Source: a virus (taxonomy: Duplodnaviria; Caudoviricetes). Taken from it: a stretch of 55,909 nucleotides of DNA. Positions within the stretch are counted from its first letter, which is position 1, and each line of letters opens with the position of its first letter. Position numbers and translations under genes: made by a program. The notes beneath the pieces were generated by a model, which did not search any database, had not been told where the DNA came from, and saw only the letters and a list, made by a program, of their open reading frames with translations. Below, one piece after another: positions 35,690 through 44,831 of this stretch. The stretch covers positions 1 through 55,909 of the IMG/VR virus record IMGVR_UViG_3300030106_002604; one strand, 5' to 3'.

Positions 35690-36534
35690 TGGCGTACCAA
35701 GACGTATCTTCTAGCGGAATGAACTATGTTACCTTAAGTCAACTTTTAGGTGACTATAAAATTACTGTGGATACAGATGACTATGGTGCTAATGTATCTG
35801 ACGCAGCATTAAGAAACTTTGCGTTAAGAGGTATCAGAGAGTTTGGTTTTGACGTTACTAGCAGGATAAAGTCTGTTAAGCTAGATATAGATACATCTAA
35901 CAATACCGTTGCTTTGCCTGATGACTATGTGGATCTTTTGAAGATAGGGGTGGTAAGTGATGATGGTGTTTTAAGAACACTAGGGCAAAACAAACATATT
36001 AACTATAGCAGAAAGTTTGAATCAAACTCAAATGATTTTGACAGTCAGGAGGGTCCTTTGAACATTGATGCTAATCTAGTTAAAGACAAAGAAGACGACA
36101 AGACAGCTACAAGTTCTAGTAACGAAAACTATGACTACTATATATTTGAAAACTATCTGTACCAAGGCGGGGTAGGTAGGCTATATGGTGTAGGAGGTGG
36201 AGCTAGAGCTGGTGACTATAGAATAAATTTAGACCAGAACAGAATTGAAATAGATACAAACTCAAACAGCTCTAATGTAGTAATAGAGTATGTATCTGAT
36301 GAGGCTAGATCTACAAACCCAGTTATACATGTGTATGCTGAAGAAGCTTTGCGTTGTTACATACATTACAAGATCTGTGAAAGAAAGTCAACAGTTCCTG
36401 CTAACGAAAAAGCAAGAGCTAGATCTGAATACTACAACGAAAGGAGAAAAGCAAAAGCTAGACTCAACAACTTTAGCAAAACAGAAGCACTAAGAACTAT
36501 TCGCAAGAACTTCAAGTTAGCACCTAAGTATTAA
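35689..36534 (+). CDS. Tail ring / tubular protein
   Basis: LPDDYVD...IEYVSD...AEEALRCYI. Confidence 0.7.
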   Translation: MAYQDVSSSGMNYVTLSQLLGDYKITVDTDDYGANVSDAALRNFALRGIREFGFDVTSRIKSVKLDIDTSNNTVALPDDYVDLLKIGVVSDDGVLRTLGQNKHINYSRKFESNSNDFDSQEGPLNIDANLVKDKEDDKTATSSSNENYDYYIFENYLYQGGVGRLYGVGGGARAGDYRINLDQNRIEIDTNSNSSNVVIEYVSDEARSTNPVIHVYAEEALRCYIHYKICERKSTVPANEKARARSEYYNERRKAKARLNNFSKTEALRTIRKNFKLAPKY

Positions 36535-39500
36535 TGATTAATAAAGTAGTACCTAGAAAACTTAACCAATCTTCAGACTCAAAGATTAGGAGTAAAGAAG
36601 ATATGATAGATGCTCTTAACGTATCTATATCCTCTGATGAAAGAAACTCAGAGGGTAATGAAGGTGTTATAAAGCCAGTAAAAAGCAATGTGAATATATC
36701 TGGGACAGCTTTTGATTCTGACGGATCTAAGACTGTGTTGGGTAAATTAGAGGATACTAAGAATGATGTAGTGTATTTCTTTGTGCACTGCACTGATCAG
36801 AACAAAAGCGGTGTATACGCATACGATCCTAATAACTACTTTACAGGACACAATCCTGATGAGATTATCGAGTTATTTACAAATGCTGAGTTTAACTTTG
36901 ATCAAACTTCTTTTGTTAAAGGAGACGTAACCTATATACAAACTAAGAGAGAGCACGACGGCGTAGTGTACGAGGACACTCCGCTATTGTTCTTTACTGA
37001 TAATATAAATGAGCCTAGAAAACTAAATGTTTTAAGAGCTTACTACGAAGAGTTTGTTCAAGACTATGTTGTCGGAACTAATTCTATCAAAGATTTTATA
37101 ACAGCTTGCCCAAAGGCTCCATCTTTTCCTATAACTTTTGAGTTTGTAGCAGATGAAAATCTGCCATACAGTGAGTTTAGAAATATTAACGGGTTTCAGT
37201 TTGCTTACCAAATGATTTACAAAGATCAAAATGTAAGCGCTATATCAACTATATCAGAGATAGCTGTACCTCCATCTTATATTACTCATGGGGCTAGTGA
37301 GCTTCCAATGCCTTTAAATCAGCATAATGTTTGCAGGTTAACAATACCTATTGACGATATGTCATTTGAGGTAGAGAAAGTTAAAATATTAGCACGTAGA
37401 GGTAATGATGGTCAGTTTTTTGAAATACAAGAAGTTGACACCACACCAGCTGGCATTACTCTTTTAGGAGTTCCTCCTGACGCTATTTTAGATTTTCTTC
37501 AAAACAACAACCCTTTAAATTTAGGAACTAATACGGAGTTAGTTTTTGATTTTAAAAACGACACAGTAAATAAAATAGTTTCTAGTGAAGATCAGTCAAA
37601 ACAATTCGACACACTTCCTAAACGTGCAGAGGCTCAATCTATTGTAGACAACAGATTATTTTATGGAAACTATGTTGAGGGATTTGACAATGTAGAAACA
37701 GATGCTACTATAACTCCTGTATCTTTTGAAAGAAGTTTAGACTTTACAGACTACGAATTAAAAGTACTTCCAGCTACATGTGCTTCAGAGGTTTTTTCTG
37801 ATACAGCAACTGAAGAACAACTAACAGGTCCTGTGCTTACAAAAGTAAATAAAAACTCTGCATTTGTTTTAGACCCAATAGACATACCTGAGGTTGGAAT
37901 TCAAGCTGGAGATAAAATAAATTTTTCTTTTTCAATAACGCCAAATCAAAACTGGCACGTTTATAATGTTGAGGATGATGAAGATGATGGCAATATTCTT
38001 CATAACACGCGTCAGTTAGGAGATAGATTTAATAAGCCAGAATCTCCTGAAAGCGGTAGTCCGTTTTATGTTGAAGAATTAGGAGCAAACTATGATAAAT
38101 TCTGGCAGTCTAGTATTTCAGATGGTGGTAGCGCTGATCCAGAAGATCAATTTTCCGTTAGAGATACAGATGGTGTATCTAAAAACGATAGCGTCGACTT
38201 TCCTATAACGTGGAAAAGTGCAGATGGTACTTCAAGAGCGGCTACATATGGCACTTGTGTTTCTAATCCTTTAATTATCAAGGGAGGAGAGATAACTATA
38301 TCAATAGTTATTGAAGCTACAACTACTGTATCAAGAACTGGCATAGTTGACTACATAACACATTTAATAACTGGAGCAGATTTACCTGCAGGTTTGTCTT
38401 CAAGTGCGTTCACGGTATTAACAAATAATATAAACAACACTTATACTTTTGATTTAGATCTTGAAAGTGGACAAGAGTTTCCTATGTCTTCACAGTTTGG
38501 AAAACTAATAACTATTTGTGGTGATAAAGTAACTGCTGGTACTTCAGGTAAACAACAAGGCTGTTTTATCGTAGACAAAGCTACTGTTGAAATGGGATTC
38601 TTTAAAGATAATTTATACAACCAGCCCCTTGACACAACCCTCAACGTCAGTAATGGATTTAGAGGAGAGGGTAGCGGATGGGACAATGATTTAGGTGAAC
38701 CTATAAAAAGAAGAATAGGTGTTTACATAAAAAATATAACACAAGCAACTACAAAAACTTGTTTAAGAAGTGTGGTTCCAAACAGTCTTTGGAGAGCATT
38801 TGATTTTAATACAAACCAATTTTTTACTCCTGTTTTAAATCATGGAGCTGGATTACTTCCAGAGGACTCAAGTCAATTTGAAACTCAACAACAATTAATA
38901 GCCGATCAGTTTACTGAATCAGGGCCATTTACAAGGTTTATAGGAAGACTAGAGGGTTTTAATTTTAACGGAGAAGACTCTGAAGGTAGGTCTAGATTTA
39001 GTTGCTTAGACGGTCTTGGTTGTTTAGGTGGGTCAGACGGAGCTCAATTTGATGATCCAAGTGAAGACAACCCGTCTGGCGGGTTTAATGTAGTAGATGG
39101 GCAATTTTCAAACGATAGTGACTATGATCTAACAGACGTAACTTTAGGTTTTGATGGTATTTTTCCTATAATTGGTTCTGGAGGTCAATTACTAGGATCT
39201 GCACAAATGAGAAGAATCGTTGTTTCTAACGCTAACGCTAATGCATTCACAGCTAATACAGGCGCTATAATAGATAACAGTTTTCCAATAATTCCATTTA
39301 TAAGAGAAAATAATATAGGTCTTATACAGGACGCTTCTACTCTTATTTTTACAGGGTTTGTCAATAGAGTTGCATCTATTTTTAATATTACCTTCTTTAC
39401 ACAACTACAATCAGATAGCTCATTTAGATCATTTAAAAGTGGAGCTAGCCATGCGTTTGGTGTAGTGTACTACGACCAAAGAGGTAGATGTAGTAACGTA

Positions 39501-41306
39501 TATCCTATAGGTACAGCACTTTCACCACCATACTACTTGAGACAAAATGATCAGTACGGCAGGGTTGCTATGCAAATACAAATAAACCATGACGCTCCCG
39601 ACTATGCTGAGACATTTCAAATAGTATATGCAGGAAACACATCTGTTTCTGATTTTGTTCAGTACAGTACTGCAGGAGCTTTTGTAGCAACAGATGATAG
39701 TTCAGAAAACAAAGGAAATATATTTGTATCTCTTAATCACTTGCAAGTAAACGATGATGTATCTTATACAGAGGCAAGAGGTAATAGATCTCCAGAGGGT
39801 GCAAGAGATATATACACTTATAAAGAAGGGGATATCCTTAGAGTAATATCATATTATGAATCATCAGACCCTGTTGAAGGTAGAATATTTGTAGATGATA
39901 GTCATGACTTTGAGGTTTTAGACTACAGGGTTCTTGGTGCAGATCCTCAAGAAAATCCTTTGTACGATTCTAACATCACTGATCTTGCTGGGGATTCTTT
40001 TGAAGCGCACAAAGCAAAACAAGGTGCGTTTTTAGTCCTTAAAAACAATCCAACTGCTTTAGGGTTTAATTTTGAGTCAGTAAAAGCTGGTGAGGGAGCT
40101 ATTAATGCTCAATCTCACAACTGGAACAAAAGAACAGTAGTCGAGATATTTTCTCCTAAAGATGTAGCAGAAGAAGATGAATTATTTTTTTATGAGACAT
40201 CTAATGTATTTCCTATATCAGAACACAACAATCAAATAACTATAGATAACGGAGATGTTTGGTGGAGAAAAGTTGCCGTTAATATGCCTAATGTTGCTTT
40301 CGATTTGTCTTCAGGTCTATTTAGCAGTATTATAGGAAACCCTGTATCGGCGGGCGGCGATGGTTCTGAGGCAAACTTTGTTTCTTACTCACTTGAAACT
40401 CAAGCATTTAACGATTCAGTTAGAAATGCAGATGTAACAGGAAAGGGTAAGACTAAAGTTATCGTACCTAATGACCAAGAGGTAAGAAGAACAGCATCAA
40501 TATCCTTTTCAGATAAAAACAATCCAGCGTCTAAGCTGTTTACTATTACATCATTTAACCCTATTAAGGCTCAGTTCAAGGATTTACCTGCAGCACATGG
40601 AAGTATAAATTACTTAGTTGATCAGCAAGACTCGTTGTTTGTTTTGCAGTCTGACAGAAGTTCATCTGTTCCAGTAAACAGAAATATTATTACAACAGCG
40701 TCTAACGATCAGTCTTTAGTAGCAGCATCAAATGTTCTTGGCGTGCAAAGATACTATGCAGGTCAGAATGGGTGTGACGATAACCCAGAGTCTGTATGTG
40801 TCGTGGGAAACAATATATACTTTGCTAACAAAACATCTAGAGAGGTTTATAAATTTAATCCATCTAGTGGTGTTTCTGTTATATCTGAACAGGGAATGAA
40901 GTCTTTCTTTAGACTTTTATTCAAAGAGTTAGAAAATCAAGAGGGGTTGTCTAAGGTTGTCGGTGGATACGATCCTATAAAAGACGAGTTTATACTTAGC
41001 GTCTACAAACTTAATGTAACTGAAGATCAAGAGGTTGTTGAAGATCCACCTGATGTGGGAACTCCAGCAGCTGGAGCTCAAACTTTAGCAGAGGTTTTAG
41101 CTACTGAGGGTATTAGCCTTGAAGAGTTGGCAAGCATATTGTCTGAATTATCTCTTATTTCTAGTGTTGATCAACAAAATTTAAAGAGAGTTAGATTTAA
41201 TTTTAACAATGATAGTGTTGTAGGCAGTGTAGATCTTTTAGCTTTTCTTGCTGTTCTTGAAAGTAATGTAGAAACTAACGATACAAAAGTACAAATTGAA
41301 ATATGA
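36534..41306 (+). CDS. Tail stabilisation/muzzle (nozzle) protein, N-terminal part
   Basis: DALNV, LFFTDNINEPRKLN, NRLFYGNYVEG, GVVYYDQRGR, GGYDP motifs. Confidence 0.8.
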   Translation: MINKVVPRKLNQSSDSKIRSKEDMIDALNVSISSDERNSEGNEGVIKPVKSNVNISGTAFDSDGSKTVLGKLEDTKNDVVYFFVHCTDQNKSGVYAYDPNNYFTGHNPDEIIELFTNAEFNFDQTSFVKGDVTYIQTKREHDGVVYEDTPLLFFTDNINEPRKLNVLRAYYEEFVQDYVVGTNSIKDFITACPKAPSFPITFEFVADENLPYSEFRNINGFQFAYQMIYKDQNVSAISTISEIAVPPSYITHGASELPMPLNQHNVCRLTIPIDDMSFEVEKVKILARRGNDGQFFEIQEVDTTPAGITLLGVPPDAILDFLQNNNPLNLGTNTELVFDFKNDTVNKIVSSEDQSKQFDTLPKRAEAQSIVDNRLFYGNYVEGFDNVETDATITPVSFERSLDFTDYELKVLPATCASEVFSDTATEEQLTGPVLTKVNKNSAFVLDPIDIPEVGIQAGDKINFSFSITPNQNWHVYNVEDDEDDGNILHNTRQLGDRFNKPESPESGSPFYVEELGANYDKFWQSSISDGGSADPEDQFSVRDTDGVSKNDSVDFPITWKSADGTSRAATYGTCVSNPLIIKGGEITISIVIEATTTVSRTGIVDYITHLITGADLPAGLSSSAFTVLTNNINNTYTFDLDLESGQEFPMSSQFGKLITICGDKVTAGTSGKQQGCFIVDKATVEMGFFKDNLYNQPLDTTLNVSNGFRGEGSGWDNDLGEPIKRRIGVYIKNITQATTKTCLRSVVPNSLWRAFDFNTNQFFTPVLNHGAGLLPEDSSQFETQQQLIADQFTESGPFTRFIGRLEGFNFNGEDSEGRSRFSCLDGLGCLGGSDGAQFDDPSEDNPSGGFNVVDGQFSNDSDYDLTDVTLGFDGIFPIIGSGGQLLGSAQMRRIVVSNANANAFTANTGAIIDNSFPIIPFIRENNIGLIQDASTLIFTGFVNRVASIFNITFFTQLQSDSSFRSFKSGASHAFGVVYYDQRGRCSNVYPIGTALSPPYYLRQNDQYGRVAMQIQINHDAPDYAETFQIVYAGNTSVSDFVQYSTAGAFVATDDSSENKGNIFVSLNHLQVNDDVSYTEARGNRSPEGARDIYTYKEGDILRVISYYESSDPVEGRIFVDDSHDFEVLDYRVLGADPQENPLYDSNITDLAGDSFEAHKAKQGAFLVLKNNPTALGFNFESVKAGEGAINAQSHNWNKRTVVEIFSPKDVAEEDELFFYETSNVFPISEHNNQITIDNGDVWWRKVAVNMPNVAFDLSSGLFSSIIGNPVSAGGDGSEANFVSYSLETQAFNDSVRNADVTGKGKTKVIVPNDQEVRRTASISFSDKNNPASKLFTITSFNPIKAQFKDLPAAHGSINYLVDQQDSLFVLQSDRSSSVPVNRNIITTASNDQSLVAASNVLGVQRYYAGQNGCDDNPESVCVVGNNIYFANKTSREVYKFNPSSGVSVISEQGMKSFFRLLFKELENQEGLSKVVGGYDPIKDEFILSVYKLNVTEDQEVVEDPPDVGTPAAGAQTLAEVLATEGISLEELASILSELSLISSVDQQNLKRVRFNFNNDSVVGSVDLLAFLAVLESNVETNDTKVQIEI

Positions 41307-42169
41307 GGACAATAGCATTTAACAATACAAAAAACTATTGGTCTACAAGATATAGCTTTATAGCTTCTTGTATAGCTTCTATTAAAGATCACATGGTTAC
41401 AGCAAGGGCTAATTCTAGTGATCAGAATATTATATGGAAGCACGATGAATCTGGTAATGGTAACAATAACTTTTATGGGGAACAGTCTACATCTTTAGTA
41501 GGCGTTACTTTTAATGATAATCCTAGCCAGAATAAACAATATAAATCTTTATCTATAGAGAGCTCAGATGCTGTTAATGTACAGGGTATCAATACGTTCA
41601 CTACTAACGGAGGGCCAGCACTAGACAAGTCAGCCGTCGTAAGAAGACTTACAGAGAGAGGTGGAGTTGTGTATGGTAATATAGGTACGGAAAGCAGAAT
41701 AACAAATTCTAATGTTAGATTTTTAGGAATCGTAGAGTCTGTATCAGATCTTACAGATGTTTTTTCTTCAGATGTTATAGAGCAATTGGGGTTTGATGGT
41801 ATTCCAACTGCTAAGTTTATTAAACTAAATAATATAGAGCATAGCGCATATAGCGCATCTAATGTATCTAGACTTTTACAACAAGATCAACTTCAAGAAT
41901 TTGAATTAGATCCAACTGCAGGGCTACCTTTTGGTGGTCCTGATGGAGGTGGTGGTTTCTTTGTCACAATATTTAATGGAGGTGTTATTACTCCTCAACC
42001 ATTTGCACCTGCTGAAGGAACTCCTTTGTTTATAGGGTATGTAGACATCAATGGAGAAGCGCCTAAAGGTCAAATAGCTGACTGTTTTGTTACGTTAGGT
42101 AGTAACGACTTTGAAGTGTTTGCGCTAAATGTTGAATATTCACCAACAGAATTAGACCATAGTAAATAA
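41303..42169 (+). CDS. Tail stabilisation/muzzle protein, C-terminal part
   Basis: Starts TIAFNN..NYWSTRYSF; NNFYG; FNDNPS.NK.YKSLSIES. Confidence 0.65.
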   Translation: MRTIAFNNTKNYWSTRYSFIASCIASIKDHMVTARANSSDQNIIWKHDESGNGNNNFYGEQSTSLVGVTFNDNPSQNKQYKSLSIESSDAVNVQGINTFTTNGGPALDKSAVVRRLTERGGVVYGNIGTESRITNSNVRFLGIVESVSDLTDVFSSDVIEQLGFDGIPTAKFIKLNNIEHSAYSASNVSRLLQQDQLQEFELDPTAGLPFGGPDGGGGFFVTIFNGGVITPQPFAPAEGTPLFIGYVDINGEAPKGQIADCFVTLGSNDFEVFALNVEYSPTELDHSK

Positions 42170-42177
42170 TATTTTAG

Positions 42178-42185
42178 TATTTTTG
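42178..42185 (+). promoter_or_regulatory. -7 box TATTTTTG
   Basis: Intergenic, 4 nt before ATG 42190. Confidence 0.55.
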
Positions 42186-42189
42186 TAGA

Positions 42190-43170
42190 ATGAGTGAAGC
42201 ATTAAAAAAGATTGGAGATTTTTTAAAGTCAGAAGAAGGAAAGAAGGGCATACAAGCTGTTCTTGCAGGTGGTGCGGATTTTTTTGCAAGCAGAGGTGCA
42301 GGAAGAGCAGGACAGGAAAGACTACAAAAAATAGGAAAGAAGCAGAAAAGAGAGGGTAGAAAACTTTATGAGGCTATGCTTGACAAGCTGCGTAAAGACG
42401 ATTTTGTAAGTCAAGCTCAAAGAGATGTTGCTGAAGATACAAAACAAGCTGCTGAGGCATTTATAGATCAAACAAGAAGAAGGGGTGAAGGAACTGCAGC
42501 TGCTACTATAGACGCTCTTAGGGCTGACCCTAGGATGGCAGCGTTAGCTCCAAAACTTGCATCAAGCTTAGAAAGCAGCCTACAGGATGCAGAGCTAGCG
42601 GCTCTAGATAAAAGAACTGCAGCAGATGCTGCTGTTGCTGATTTAGAGCAAGAAGGTAGAGCGTTCCAGAGAAAATTAGATATGGCAGAAATGCAGAGAG
42701 GTGCGTTGGCTGCAGAGTCTGGCAGGCAGACAGAGCTACAAGCGATGCTCAATCAAGCTCAAGCAGGACCTCAAGCTGCTCGGTCAGGATTGCAAACTGC
42801 AATTAGTACTCTTGCTGCTTTAGCTGATCCAAAGGTTGACGATGATAATGATAATGATAATGAACCTACTACTGAAACTACTCCTGAAACTACTTCTGAA
42901 GTTGGTGGACTTTTAGGCTCTTTAAATGAGGTAGATGTACCCGCTGGTGAAGAAGGGATGAAAACAAATGGTGAGTTTAGTCACGACAGAAACCCTAAGG
43001 CTATTATAGATGAAGATACTGGAATAAAAGAAGGGGAAGTTACAGGGGGGGAGCTTATCTTTAACCCTGACCAATCTGAGTCTATGGAGAGTTTTATTGA
43101 AAAAGATGATGCAGAGGGACTTCTTAATTACATGAAAGATCTTCTATCTAAACCACAATTCCAACAATAA
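42190..43170 (+). CDS. Internal virion/ejection protein 1
   Basis: Ala/Gln-rich helical; GEFSH..NP...EVTGGELI module; position after tail genes. Confidence 0.65.
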   Translation: MSEALKKIGDFLKSEEGKKGIQAVLAGGADFFASRGAGRAGQERLQKIGKKQKREGRKLYEAMLDKLRKDDFVSQAQRDVAEDTKQAAEAFIDQTRRRGEGTAAATIDALRADPRMAALAPKLASSLESSLQDAELAALDKRTAADAAVADLEQEGRAFQRKLDMAEMQRGALAAESGRQTELQAMLNQAQAGPQAARSGLQTAISTLAALADPKVDDDNDNDNEPTTETTPETTSEVGGLLGSLNEVDVPAGEEGMKTNGEFSHDRNPKAIIDEDTGIKEGEVTGGELIFNPDQSESMESFIEKDDAEGLLNYMKDLLSKPQFQQ

Positions 43171-44816
43171 TGTCTAACGGATTCGTATTTACACAAGGAC
43201 TACCTCAAGCTGGTGGACAAGCACCTGATGCTCAGTCGGGCTTAGGTGACACCATACTACGAGCTGCAGCTTTAGTAGAGAGTAAAAAACAAGAAGCACA
43301 GCGTCAGTTTGAAAGAGCTCAAACTATGCTACGAAATGACTTAAATACGTTAGCTGGATTTGATTTATCTGTCGCAGGAACTGGACAAAGAGCAGACATG
43401 CTTAGACAGCTGGCTGAACAGGCTAGGCAAGACTTAAGAAATGCATCAGACCCTGTTGAAGCTGGAGATATAATTAATAATTTTCAAACTACGTACGATC
43501 GTTTTGTTGAGATAGAAAATAGTGTTGCCGACTCTAGGACAAACTATAATAATATAGCTAAAGCAACTGCAAACGAATTAGTTGCGTTTAATAGTGCGCT
43601 ACCTTATAACCAAGAGTATGCTGTCCCAGACATTAATGCACAGGTTGCTGCAGAAGAAAAATGGAACAATCCATTTAATGATTACAAAGTTGGGGATAAT
43701 GGTGAAATACTTGTACAGGTAGAAGAGGGTGGAGATTTTGTAAATGTTTTTGAAGCAGAAGCTTTACTTGATACATCCATGTTTCAAGTACAAACAAAAG
43801 AAGTAGAGGGTGGAGACTTAGACGAGTGGGCTAAAAGTTCAGCAACAAAAACAAAGATTGGATTTAAAGACGGTACTTGGAATGAGTCTGAAGCTATCAG
43901 GCTATTTGATACTCTTATAGATGACACAGAAACAAAATCTAACAAGTTTGATACTGGTCAATACCACAGACTTCAAGTTCTTAACTCTTTAAAAAGTAGT
44001 GGAAACGACTTATTACTTACTGATGAAGATAAAGCAAACTTCCTTGCAGGAAACTTTGATGCTATAGATGGGGAGACCCTTAATCAAGTGTTAGACTATG
44101 GTAGAAATGAGTTTGTTAGACTCTCTAAGTTTGAAACAAAAGGTGAACAAACACAAGCTGTAGATGACCAACAAGCTCAGCTTGATATGCTGTCTATCTA
44201 TGGTGTAGATGCAGACGGAAGACCTCTCGGTAAACTAACTATTCAAGAAACAAATACTAAAGGTGAGGTTGTAGATATAGCCTTATACACAGCAAAGGAG
44301 CCTATAAAAGTTGAAGGCACTAAATACAGCGATGACGGAGAATATAGAGTTATTGGAGGTGGTGTAAATCTTAACGGAGATCTTATAGCTTCGGTAGAGA
44401 TGACAACAGATAAAATTCTTTACGATGTTGTAGATGCAAACAAAAATGTTCTTGCAACATTTAGTAGTCAAGAAGAAGCCGAGGCGTATAAAAATAGTAA
44501 AGACGACAAAGACTTTCTTTCTGTAGCTATAAAGGAGGACACTGTAACGAAAACAGAAGAGATTGTTGTGTCTCCTTCTGGGTCTGGCGTTAGTAAAGAA
44601 GTGTATGCTCAAATACTGACTCAAGACCCTACACTCTTAAACTTAATGATTAACGAACAAACAACAATTAATCAAAGCATAGTTGCTGCAAGTCTTAAAG
44701 AGGTTGAAAACAAACAAAGCGAAAGTTTACTACCTATTGACAATCCAGATACTCCTTTATTTATGCTTTCTGAAGAAGCTCAGGAGGAAAGAAGACAAAG
44801 AGAACTTAATAAATAA
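43170..44816 (+). CDS. Internal virion/ejection protein 2
   Basis: Position and composition. Confidence 0.6.
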   Translation: MSNGFVFTQGLPQAGGQAPDAQSGLGDTILRAAALVESKKQEAQRQFERAQTMLRNDLNTLAGFDLSVAGTGQRADMLRQLAEQARQDLRNASDPVEAGDIINNFQTTYDRFVEIENSVADSRTNYNNIAKATANELVAFNSALPYNQEYAVPDINAQVAAEEKWNNPFNDYKVGDNGEILVQVEEGGDFVNVFEAEALLDTSMFQVQTKEVEGGDLDEWAKSSATKTKIGFKDGTWNESEAIRLFDTLIDDTETKSNKFDTGQYHRLQVLNSLKSSGNDLLLTDEDKANFLAGNFDAIDGETLNQVLDYGRNEFVRLSKFETKGEQTQAVDDQQAQLDMLSIYGVDADGRPLGKLTIQETNTKGEVVDIALYTAKEPIKVEGTKYSDDGEYRVIGGGVNLNGDLIASVEMTTDKILYDVVDANKNVLATFSSQEEAEAYKNSKDDKDFLSVAIKEDTVTKTEEIVVSPSGSGVSKEVYAQILTQDPTLLNLMINEQTTINQSIVAASLKEVENKQSESLLPIDNPDTPLFMLSEEAQEERRQRELNK

Positions 44817-44831
44817 AACAACTGCTAAATA

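Noticed and set aside
42838-42900. GATAAT and ACTNCTGAA microrepeats
   Set aside because: Low-complexity linker (DDNDNDNE, PTTETTPETTSE) within a CDS; in-frame, no regulatory evidence.
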